Assembly (NCBI RefSeq): GCF_036321535.1
Contig: NC_087472.1
Location: forward strand, 101,000,001-101,064,000
Reading direction: 5' to 3'
DNA: 64,000 bases
Source: Camelus dromedarius
Taxonomy: Eukaryota
The notes under the pieces were generated by a model, which searched no databases, was not told the origin of the DNA, and saw nothing but the letters and a program-made list of their open reading frames with translations. The translations under genes and the position numbers were made by a program. Below, in pieces: positions 26,830 to 38,100 of the stretch. The stretch's first letter is position 1; each line of letters starts with the position of its first letter.

Positions 26830-27110
26830 GTGGAAAGGATAGTTAGGAAAGGTTCAAGTATATGTTCAGAAGCTGCTTCTGCCACTTATTTGCTGTGTAG
26901 TATTCAGTTTCCTCATATGTAAAATGGGAGGCGAGAATTCTACTGTTGAACCACCAATGCCCCTTCCTCATCTGTAAAATGGGAATAAGGGCACCTACCT
27001 CATAAGAACTTTGTGAAAGAACATTATGAATATTGAAAATTATTTATCTAAAGATGGTAGCATGACTCTTAGCACATGGTAGGTGCTCAATGGATAGTAG
27101 CTGTAATAAT
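26830..27110 (+). mobile_element. MIR SINE(s)
   Basis: MIR core ttcctcat(a/c)tgtaaaatggg present twice; cttagcacatggtaggtgctcaat. Confidence 0.65.
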
Positions 27111-28715
27111 TATCAATAATTCATATTTAATATAACAAAGAGACACTTCTATAAATGCTTAGGTGAACATAGTCATTGAGAAGATGTTCTAATATAGGTA
27201 AGTGCGAATTACATTTTTAGGGTAAGAGCTTCAGTTAATTTCATGTTAAAAGCAGAAATATGGGAAGTAGATGAGGCATCCCTGAGACAGGCAATTTAAC
27301 AATTTGAGTAGTATTTCAACAATTTAATAAAGGATACATACATGTAAAAGAGGCAAATGATAACTCAAATCTTTCATAGAATGTAGAGATGAATTTCAAA
27401 TATTTCCATTGCATCAGAGTTAGAAAGACAATGGGCAGTAATTAAAAATTTAAGTTTTCCCCCAGCCCTGCTGTAGCCCATAGTAAGAGTTTGCTAAGAT
27501 TAAATCTCTACTTAATTTCTTTCTGTTAAAGATAACTTTCTGGCTTTTAAAAACATTTTTGAACTTTTATCTAAGACCATTTCAACATTCCCTCCTATGT
27601 GATACAAATCATACAACTGATGGGCCAAATCTCTAATATTTGCACATCAATGGTCTAGTTTTTTGTTTTTGCCTTTGAGTTTTCTTGAATTTTGCATTAA
27701 CATTTATTTATTCATTTTTAAAGGATGCAAGAACAATCAGAGCCGTTTGATTTTGTGCCATTCGCCAGTACTTAGGCCCAGTAAAAAATACTTTAATTTG
27801 GTCCTTGTTTAACACTGCAAAAGCTGCGTTGTATGAAAATAATTTTATTCTGCATTGTAAAGAATGGCTATATTCTGCAAGATTTTTTTTTTAAGTTTTA
27901 GGCTCTGATTTCCAAACTTTAATTTTAAAAATATTCATGCCCTATATACTAAGTTAAGCAGATCACGGATGCAAAACTTCCATCCAACTTTTGAAAGAGT
28001 TGGAGAGAGAGAGAGAAGGCCTGCCAATAGTTTACTTTTGGCTAACACAGCACGTTGTATTATTTTTCAAACAAAAGTTTTAAATCTGCCTATACCCAAC
28101 CACACAACGAGGAATGGGATTTTTTCTTCTTCTTCTGGTTTTCTGTTTGCTACATTTAGTGCGGAATGGTTCGTTTTGGAGCTGTTTTTACGTCCGCCCC
28201 CTCCCCTTTGGTGCGGTGCGACCTCCACCTGCGCAACCGCTCAGTCCTGGTCCGGAGGGATCCAACAGAGGAGACCCAAAATGCGCTCTCGAAGACGCTC
28301 ACGAGCACCCTAAAGTCTATGAGCAAAGTATTTTATTCTCCAGGTTAATCTAGTTCCGTTAGTTCATGCCTGGGTTTAGAGGACAACTAAATACAGAATG
28401 TGGAGCTGGAGGGGAATGCGTGGCAAAAACCCTTGGAAAAAAAAAAAAGAAACTCTGTTTCAAGGACTATGCTGTAACCCGCGAAGGAGTGGCTTTGCTC
28501 AAGCTGCTCTAACGAGCTGCCTTTTCCTAGCTCAACGACCTTGCTTGAGTTTCTAGGGAAGCGCCTGCATTTTCGGTGCGTGACCAGGGTGGGCGGTGGC
28601 CGAGAGTCGAAGGCGATGGCCAAGGGGACCGAGTTTCCCTCTGATGAAACTTGACGCGGAGCCTGGGCTACCAGTTGGGACACACCACGGTCTTGGGTGC
28701 ATGGGTTGCGACCGG

Positions 28716-28716
<1 letters not shown>

Positions 28717-28749
<33 letters not shown>
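28717..28749. repeat. T33 homopolymer in CpG island
   Basis: 33 consecutive T counted directly. Confidence 0.95.
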
Positions 28750-28750
<1 letters not shown>

Positions 28751-28984
28751 GCGGGAGTGCAGATTGGGGCGGGGGGAGGATGAGGGAAAACTGCCCTGGG
28801 GTTTCCCGGGCTCGCAGCGTCTCATCGCTCGCCACCACCCGCGCGAGCTTCCGGCTGGGTCCCCAGCTCGGGCCCCGCACGCGGCTGCGGTCATAGGGCG
28901 TGCTTGCGGCAACCCCAGGGCACGCGGGCAGCGAGGAGGGGGCGGGGCAGCGGTGGCGGTTGCGGGGCATGCGCGGCTTCGCGC

Positions 28985-29081
28985 GCGGCTTCTCAAACAT
29001 GGCGGCGGCGGTGTGAAGACCGGTACCGGCTCGCGGGACCCGTGTGACAGAATTTTGCTCTTTTCGCCGACGAGACTCGAG
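28985..29081 (+). other. SCML2: Probable non-coding exon 1 of SCML2 (5' end approximate)
   Basis: Donor GAG|GTACGT at 29081/29082 inside the CpG island, just downstream of the promoter motifs. The TSS cannot be fixed from sequence alone. Confidence 0.65.
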
Positions 29082-32000
29082 GTACGTGGCGACTCTGGGC
29101 CCCGTGAGGACCAGAGAGGCGGAGCCGTGGCGTCCTAGCTCTGGCCGTTGTGCGCCGGCGGGCGGGAGTCCTCGGCGACGCGTCCCGCGCGAGGAACGCC
29201 CCCTCACCGCCCCGCGGGGTCCGGCCTCAGCTCGGCCCTGCTCTCCGGTCACCCATTCTCTGCAGCCTCACCCCCGAGGCCAGGGCTCCCCTGCCCCTCG
29301 GCGGCCTCAGCCCCGAGGCCAGGGCCCCTCCTTCCCCACGTAGCGCTCTCCGAGACGCCCCTCAGCAGCTCTCGCGCCCCTCATACTCACCCAGGGCCCG
29401 GTCGCCGGGCACCGGCCCATCCCGCCCGTGGCGTTTGGGCTCCGGACCATTCTCCTCCAACCGTCCCCTGACCCGAAGCGCGGACAGCACCCAACCGAGC
29501 ATCCTCCCGCCGTGGGTGGGGCTGGGGCCCCGGGACAGCGCGGTGGGCAGCGGGGCTGAGGAGTAGGGATGACTTTGCGTGGTCTGGGCTGAAACTCTCC
29601 CAGGAACCTTCCGGGGACTTGTTAGGTAACTTTTGGAGTTTGGGAGGGAAACGTCAGTCCGGAAGGATGCGCCTGTGGCCGAGCGCGGGCTCGGTCCCGG
29701 TGCCAGGTGTCCTTCGGACTCCCGCCCCGTGGCTCCTGGCGGTTGGCGGGGGGGTGAGGGGGGCGGCCGGTTGCTCGCCCTCCGGGAAGAAGCGGAGCGG
29801 GAAGGCGCGGCTCGTCCTGGGGGTGGGGGTACGGGTGAGGGTGGGGGCCGGAGATCGGGGCTCCAGCTCTGCCCCGGAATGGCGAGGTGGCCGCCGAGCT
29901 CTCGCGGCATGACTGGGTCAAAGGATCACTGACTGCTGCCTTCATTTAGAGATAGCGTTCTCGCATTTTCCACCTGGATAATGGTTGTGCTACGTTCTAG
30001 TGTGAATCACCAGGGGGAGAGCAAGTAGGCGAATTTAATAGATTTTGCGCCTTAAGGTTTTAGGTAGCTTTGAGGGCTGAGATGAAATTCGCGCTGTATC
30101 TCCCACCCCGCCCCAAATGTTTGGGTAGCACAGGTATTTAGTTAGAAGTTGCTGTTTAAGACTATTGTTTTTTTTTTTTTTTAAGATTGTAGTACATTTA
30201 CATTAGTTATAAAGTGTGATTACAATTTGGAACTAGCTTCTACTTTGAAGAATTAGAAGATTAGCAGTTATGACTTTCCTGTAAGGTGACTTTAGGACAG
30301 ACATCTCCAAAAGTGAATGAATCGGTTGGTAGAGGGAAACTGAGGCAGGGAAAGTGAGTACTTCCTTACGATCATATGATTTGCGAAATTATTGGAAATG
30401 ATTTTCTTTCCCCAAAAAACTGCAGATGCTGCTGCATTTTTAATGCTCCTAAACCTATTCATATTTCTATTTTGGGGAAAGAGTGTTACAAGATGTATAA
30501 CATTTATGGAGTACAACTTCCTGTGACAAACGATGTGTTATAGCCATAGTTCATAGACGCCTATTTAATGCTTTTTTCAATAAGTGTGTGGGAATGTTCT
30601 TCAGTAATGACAGATTGGCTTTTCTCACCACTTTTTCTTAATTCATTAAATAACGTATTTCCAAGGATGAATGTTCTTTCAGTCTATTTGTGCTTTTGTA
30701 TATTTAATGGGAGAAATGTGAAAATAGCCTTTGGAAATGAGTCCAGTTGGGATTTTGAGAAAGGAGTTTATGAACACTCACCTGATGCCTTGTATTTATT
30801 TGGTTATATCTCTATGCATATTCTTCAAAACAGTGTGATAGAATTTTTTCAAAAACTTAGTCAAACACAATTTTTAAATGGCTCTGACATTTTTGAGTAA
30901 ATTTCATATATAACACAACCTTGAAAACTTCTAAGGGTGTATACCTGTTTCCCCCAGAGAACCTGATTTGTTTTGAAATTGATAGTTTGGGGAACAAAAG
31001 ATTAACATAACTGAACTATATTATTTATGTGTGAGGATGCTTTAAAGTTAATGATGTCATATGTACAAGAAATCTTGGAGTCAGTCTTAACGAGGTGTTT
31101 TTTTCATGAGGCAGTTGGTCAATCGTTTTTGATTTATCCTTCAATCCACATATCTTTATTAAGTACCTATGCTGTCTGTAGTATGGAGTGTAGTTCAACC
31201 TCCTGCTCTGTGTGCTGGTTTCTCAGGGTTTAAGGCTTCTCATCAGTAATTTATTCCTGAAAATTTCAAGGTTATATCTAAGAAAATCAGTATAAATGTA
31301 GAACAAGCAGTCTTTTATTTCAGTGGCAAATTCAGGGAGTCAATATTGTTCATAATTCTCAACAAAATTTGGGTGTAACTGAATTATTTCTGACTTATGT
31401 GATATAAAGTTTGTGCCTCTTTTGTTATGATTATATAAAGCTATATATTTTTGTAAGAGATTGTTTTCTGGGTCAAACAGTTAACATACTGGTTAAGCTT
31501 GAAGTAGGAAATAATTGCTGGTATCAATTGAAATCAGTATGTGTTTTGGAGAGTGGGTATTTTTTAATGCTAGATAACATTACATCTATGACTGAGTAGT
31601 TTAGGCTGTAACTAGATATTAACTGACTGGTAGTTTAGAGCACTTTCTTTTTTCAATGTGTTTCAGACATCTCTCTGAGCTCAAAAAATAACAAATAAGT
31701 GTTATGATGGTCAGCTATAAGCCAGATGTGACTCTCATTTTCTTTTGGGTTTGTTCCTTTTTAGCTGTCTGCCTGTTCCTCCCAGATGCTTCCTATCGCC
31801 CCTCTTCCTGCCCCTGTTCCCTTTGCTGTTGGTGTCTGTTTCCGCATCAATGAAATGGTCAGGGTAATCCTGCACTGCCTCACTGAGAAATAATTGATGA
31901 TAGTAAAGTGCTTTGAAAAGGCTGAATAAATGCCAAGTTTTTTTTTTTTTTTTTAATGAAAATGATGTAGCCCCTTTTTCCATTCAAGGAAAATCCAAAT

Positions 32001-34732
32001 CCCAGATTTAGCTTGAGCTCTTGCAAGGTGGGGAGAGAGGGAGGGGAGAGGAAGATGTCACTTGAATATTTTACTGCCCTTCTGTTTGGGTTAATAGACA
32101 TGACTGTTGGAACTTTGGTAACTGGAATACTGAAGGATGCAAAGGATCCTCTGCTGTTTGAGTTATTAGTCACCTCTAGTTCTTTTTTTTTTTTTTTTGC
32201 CAGGTTACTCTGTCTCCTGCTTTTTTTCCCTTAATGCCAGCTCTCTTCTCATTCCAGTTGTGAATGGAAATCTGAGGTCATCTTCTCTATTAGCTTACCT
32301 CCCTGGGAGTCTCATTGTCTCCTGATAATGTAGTATAGTTAGTATAATATAGTAATATTGCTGGGTTTTAGGGTATATAAGATATGAAGAAAGTGAGCTC
32401 TGCTAGCCATCAACGTTAGAGCCTTGAGGCTGTGGTGCAAATATTGGTCTGGCATTGCCAGATGCTTTGTAGTTTGGAGTGAGCAAATCAAGTACCTCTG
32501 AGAATATTAGGAACATTATTAATATCTGAAAATTACTACATAATAACTTAGAATTTGAAGTGATTGTTGATTTCAGGAACCAGAAATGTGGAAATTTTGA
32601 AAATGGCAAATGGTCATTCTGAAAGAAAAAGTTTACCCTTCCTTGGCTTGGAGTCTTAATCTTTATGATCCCTTTGTCTTGGGGGAAATAAGTGAGAGAA
32701 GCCACTGCTCTTTATCGTAGATTAGAATGGGTTGGTATAATTTAGCGGTTAAGTAAAATTTCCAGGCTCTAACTAGCTTGGGCTTTGGTTACTCTAAGCA
32801 TAGAAATGCCCTTACTGTAGTGATAACATCTCATTTTTTAAAAGATAGCAGGGCTGGTGGTTTCTTAAAGCAGGACAACTTCAGAAGATTTCAGAAACCA
32901 TGAAAGATTTGAAAAACGTATATGTTGTTTGGTTTTCATGAATAAGGCATTTTTGCTAATTTGGTCTTTATGTTGTCTAATACAAGTAAACCTTGGCCAC
33001 CGGAGATATAGTAATACTAGTGATTTTTATGCTAAGTGATTTCTACTAAACATATATCCCTATATATGTTGGAAAGGTTTTAACATAAGAAATGAAGATA
33101 TCTTATTCTGTGAACGGTGGAAGATTTGAGGTTCCTATAAGCAGTTTATATGACCGTGCTGTTCAATTCCTTATTTAACCGAGGAGTTAAAAAAAAAAAA
33201 AAAAAGAATAAGCTTTGTATGAGGAAAGAGCTGGGAAACATTTGAAGATAGAGAGCATTTGACTACCTACTACTTGTGACCTGTCTTTATGGCTGTGGCT
33301 CTGCCCCTTCCTAAGTTTATAGAAGCAAATTGTTGTAAGAGCGGAAAGAGAGTGCCCACCTTTTGTGGTAATGTGCCATTGTAAACTTCAGAAGGGATAG
33401 ATATATTGCAATTCTAGGGCATAGCTTGAGGATGCTTTCTTTTTTCAGGGGAAAGTTGGTGGGACTTTTTTACTTCTTGTCTTTGGAATACAAATTTGTT
33501 TCTCTTGATCATTGTTTCTCCTAAGGATTAACTGGTGCTGAATTCCAGATGAACAGCTTCGTTTGCTTGGTATGTACCTTATAGCTTTCATGTAGCCTTT
33601 TAAACACATGTATTGACAAACTTCTTTTAGTTTTAAAATAAGCAGTGACTGAATCGTATGTTTCTTCTCTTTAGTTCTCTTGCCTCTCTGAATGCAGTTG
33701 TAAACTTGTGCCCTTTGCTGTGAAACTTTTTTTTTCTTTTCAAAGATTTCAAGTATTATTTGGAGTATTTTCCAATATGTGTTAAAATTACTTGAAAAGT
33801 AATTATCATTATTTTCTCTTTACTTTTTATTAATTTGGTAGAGTTTCATAAATCTGTTCAAATGAAATTGTCTTTGGTTATTAAAAGAATTAAAATATAG
33901 TACTCAATAATGACAAATACATTTATATATTGCTTGGTTTTAGATTAGAAACTCTGATTTGAGATTTTTTGTGTTGAGACTTTGAGAGGTTGTAGAAATA
34001 TTTAAATGAGTAATTTACTGACACCTGCCTCATGTTTGAAGTGTTGTCAGGGATGCTTAGTTTTCTGGTCACTTTAGTTTGTGGTTTATTGCATGCTTTC
34101 CTGTAGTCTGTTGTCTAACAGGGATTGTTGTTGTCATCATTTCCATTATTTCTTGTAGGGCCAGTGTTAGAAACCATAAATCTAGAATGCTGTGATAATA
34201 GAAACAGGCTGTAACCTGACCTAGTTCTTTTGTCAAAATGTCGCACTGAGAGCTGCCTGTAGTAAATTGACATGCCCTGCTATTAACTTCAGTCCTCTGC
34301 AAATGTCGGTGGGCAGCAGGTCTTTGGGCAATTAGCCTGTGACTGTGCTTTAAAACCTTAGGAATTTACAGCTATAAACTGGGATTTTGGCAATGCTTGA
34401 CTTGTCTTTCATTTATCTGTTTTCTGACATGACATGCTTCTTAACTAAATGCATAGCTTTCACATAAATTGTTTTTAAATTTTGAGAGATTAATTATTTT
34501 AACTTGGAAACTCTAATTTTTTAGATAACTTAAAAATTCTTGAAAATAGTTATTTTATTTTTGGGTTTACTTTGACACAGAAAAAGATTAATTTCTAATT
34601 TGTTGGGGGTAGACTTTACTAAAGCATGATTAAAATTGCTCCTCCAGCAGGCTTAATTTGATAAATCCTCACTACTAAAAATTTCATTCTTAATATTGAT
34701 TATTCACAGTTCATAGATGGGATTTTATTTTA

Positions 34733-34886
34733 TATTATTCATCTTTTTTTTAATTTGGGGTGAGGAGGTAATTAGGTTTATTTATTTATTTTATTATTAT
34801 CTTTTTTAATGGAGGTACTGGGGATTGAACCCAGGACCTCCTGCATGCTAAGCAGACACTCTACCACTGAGCTATACCCTCCTCAG
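34733..34886 (-). mobile_element. Vic-type tRNA-derived SINE
   Basis: tRNA-Ala-like head plus AT-rich tail; 18-bp TSD AGATGGGATTTTATTTTA (34715-34732, 34887-34904). Confidence 0.9.
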
Positions 34887-35073
34887 AGATGGGATTTTAT
34901 TTTAAAGGTAATTGTAACATTATAATTTAAGTTTTAAATGATAACCTTTATAAATATATCAGAAAATGGGAAATATGATTACTGAGTAAATTGAGTAGAT
35001 GCTTGTGAAATCTTAAAGTGGTGAATCACGTCCAGTTCAACAAGTTATGTATAGCTCTGCAGTGGATATACTA

Positions 35074-35193
35074 CAGTTGTCCCTTGGAAACCCCAGGGTA
35101 TTGGTTCTAGCAGTCTACAGATGTTCAAGTCCCTTATATAAAATGGCTTAGTACAGTCGGCCCTCTGGATCCATGGGTATGGAGGGCCAACTG
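35074..35193. mobile_element. TcMar-Tigger (MER2-like) short element
   Basis: TA-flanked CAGTTGTCCCT...AGGGCCAACTG terminal inverted repeats; internal caagtcccttatataaaatggc. Confidence 0.7.
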
Positions 35194-38100
35194 TATATAC
35201 TTTTTAAAATTATACTAATACGATCATCTTACCAGGAGCGAATTTTTAGTTAAAATAGCCAGCTTTTCCTTGTCAAAGGAAAACATAGCTAAAATAGTAT
35301 CTTTATAACAATAAAGACTAAAAAAAAAGTTCTACTTGTGTTATTTCATTAATAGTCTCTGGTGAATTATGTGTGTATATAGCTTGCATCACTTATTTCA
35401 ACCTTTTCTTTAAAACTACCAGCAAGCATATTTGTAAACCTCTTTTAGCCTTGATAAGTCTATATACTATTGATTATACTCAAGGGGATATAATGAAATA
35501 TTTTTGCACTTAAATTATTTTGTGTATAGGGACTGTGTCTTCTCCATTTTTTGTGAAAATTGGCTTAAAGCACATGTTTTAGTTCCAACTGTTATATAAT
35601 TGCAATTTATAAACTGAATTCTTGTATAGCATAGTATACCTAGTTGTTCTCTCTGGAAAAATACCTATAATACTAACCCATTTATACTGCAGTGTGTCTT
35701 TTTGAGACTTCAAACATCCTAGAAATCAAATTCAGAATTAAAAAATGGAAGTTTATCAGATGTGGAGAGTGAGAGACTATCTCAGATCTCACATCATTTT
35801 CTCCGTGGCTCATTGATCTAGACTTGTGTATAAGCTAAGACAGCAGATTAGACATTGCAGAAAGGAATGGAGAACAATGACAGCCAAAACAAAACTTCAC
35901 CAAAAATTTTTTTAAAACCACAGTATTCTGGGATTATATCATTTAGATAAAAGTATACTGTGGCAGAACAGATTTACTCATTTAGGAAACATTTTGGTGG
36001 CCCTACTATATGATAGACATGGTGGATAGACACTGCAGAATATAAAGGTAAACCAGGTGTAATACTGTCCCCAAAAGCTTATCATCTAGTAGGGGAGATA
36101 AGGCACATATATAAACACAACAGAAGCAGTTTAGCATAATGGTTTAGCATTCATGGACCTAGGTTTAAATCTAGCTAGGTGGTATTGTACAGGTCTTTGA
36201 GCTTCAATATCTTTAACTTTCACATGGACATTAATAACAGTATTAACTCTATAGGCTTATAATAGGCTTTAGATAAGAAAAATGAATATAAATGCCTTAG
36301 TAGGGTACCACACATTTAACAAAAGCTCAGTAAGTAATAGCTCTTAGTATTTTTTTATTACCACTGCCAGCACCACCATCAGTAGACCCCAGACCATAAT
36401 CTTTATTTTCTCCTGCCTTCATGGATCCATTCTGTCCAGGGTGCATGATGTGTATGTCTCCTTACTTCTCCCTTTCAAAGCATGAAGAGTGTATTAGAGC
36501 CCCGTCTTTTGGTGTCTGAGAAATCTAGGTTTGAATCATTTTTCTTTCATTACCAGCTTTCTGATCTTCAAAAATCAACAGAGCTTGGTAACTGATAGTA
36601 TATTGGACAAAGGAGGAGAAGACTCAAAGATGACTTTTAATTCAGAAAGACTGGGACTTTGTAATGTCTGTTAAGATAGGAGACAGAGGAAGAGGAGCTC
36701 ATTTTAGAAGGCAGAAGAGTTTGATTTTTTAAAATATGTAGTGTTTGAGGTGGTTGTGAGGCATTTAGACTAATGTTCAATTGGCTAGACTAGAAATTTT
36801 GGAGAGAGACTAGGAATAGAGATGCTGATACAGAAGTCATCTACATAAGGATGTTGCATCAGCCATGGAATAGAATGAAATTCTGGACTTTAAAATTTGT
36901 AGAATCTAGAGGAAGAGACTGAGTGACTAGAGAAGATCAATGGCTACAACAGGAGGAAGTAGACACAAGGGGTGGATAATCGAGGTAGGACAACCAGGGA
37001 ATAATGAATGAGGCTCAGAGAGGAGAGGTGTCTGGGATCAGGGGTGACCGATACATCGTGGAGGGCTCCTGAAGTGTCAAGGAGAAGTAGGACTGAAACC
37101 TGAAATAGGATTTGATGCCTGGGAGATAATTGGGGCCTTGGAAAGCAGTTATAGGAGAAGAGGGAAGGTAGAGGCCAGATGCAGAAAGTGAGGTATCCCA
37201 GCAACTCTTTGCATTATGCGTATTATTATTATATTTATTACCAAAACCCTGGTCATCAGGGAAAGGTGTCAGTCTGGTAAATATATAATATAGTTGAGAA
37301 TCTTTTCTACACTGATAAAAATTATACACTCTCAGGTTGAGATTCTGTAATTCCATCCATTTTATAACATCTGACTAATGGCTGAAAGTTAAAAAGAGCC
37401 CTGGGAAATTTTTTGCCAGTTAGACTTGTTTAGTTCCTGCCCTTGTCAAAATGTTACTGCTTATTGACTCTTCAGGTAGTGATCTCTAATTAGAGACTCC
37501 AAGAATATTACCTCATTTTCAAAACAAAGCAAAATGGAGAGGCAAAAAGAGAAAAAACCCAAACAAACAAATAATGGAAGAACCCTGTAATCTTAGAATT
37601 ATAGACCCATTAACTTGCTAAATAGTCCTTTAAAATTGTCTTTTTCAAAAAAAATTACAGAATTTTCTCCAGAATCAGATAAGAGCAATAGGAGTTCTAG
37701 GTTTAATAATTCCACTATTAATCACTGTTTTACATTGTTTAATTGTATTGAGATAATGGTTTAAAATAGTACAAGACTTTCAAAACATTTGTTGATCTCT
37801 TACCAGCTCTTAATTCTAAGATAAAATCTGCAAAACAAATGGTTTTGTGAAAGATCCCAGACTATCCATCCTTACTCAAAGTCTCCTGGATAAAATTGCT
37901 AGATTTAGTCTAACTGTGATCTTTTGGTAAAGGAAATGTCAATGTCAGGCACTGTAACTTAATACTTTTTTTTTTGGCTTTTTTATATTTCAGTTTTTTT
38001 ATACAGCAAGGTTTCTCCTTACATGCATTTAGTGAAACACCTTTTCTTAGTGCTGGCAAAAATAAAGCTTTTATTTTTTTTTCTTGCCAAAATTTTCTCT

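Larger units (their letters stand above)
28150..29960. promoter_or_regulatory. SCML2: CpG island / SCML2 promoter
   Basis: Abrupt GC- and CpG-rich block in AT-rich, CpG-depleted DNA. Contains E2F-like TTTGGCGGGA (28747-28756), reverse CCAAT (ATTGG 28763-28767), GC boxes (28766-28773, ~28939-28947), NRF1-like GCATGCGC (28967-28974) and YY1-like AAACATGGCGGC (28995-29006). Confidence 0.9.

Noticed and set aside
28387..29945. Many 80-194 aa ORFs on both strands of the CpG island
   Set aside because: Stop-codon scarcity in GC-rich DNA; low-complexity R/P/G/A peptides, poly-F/poly-K from the T tract, and no recognisable domain.
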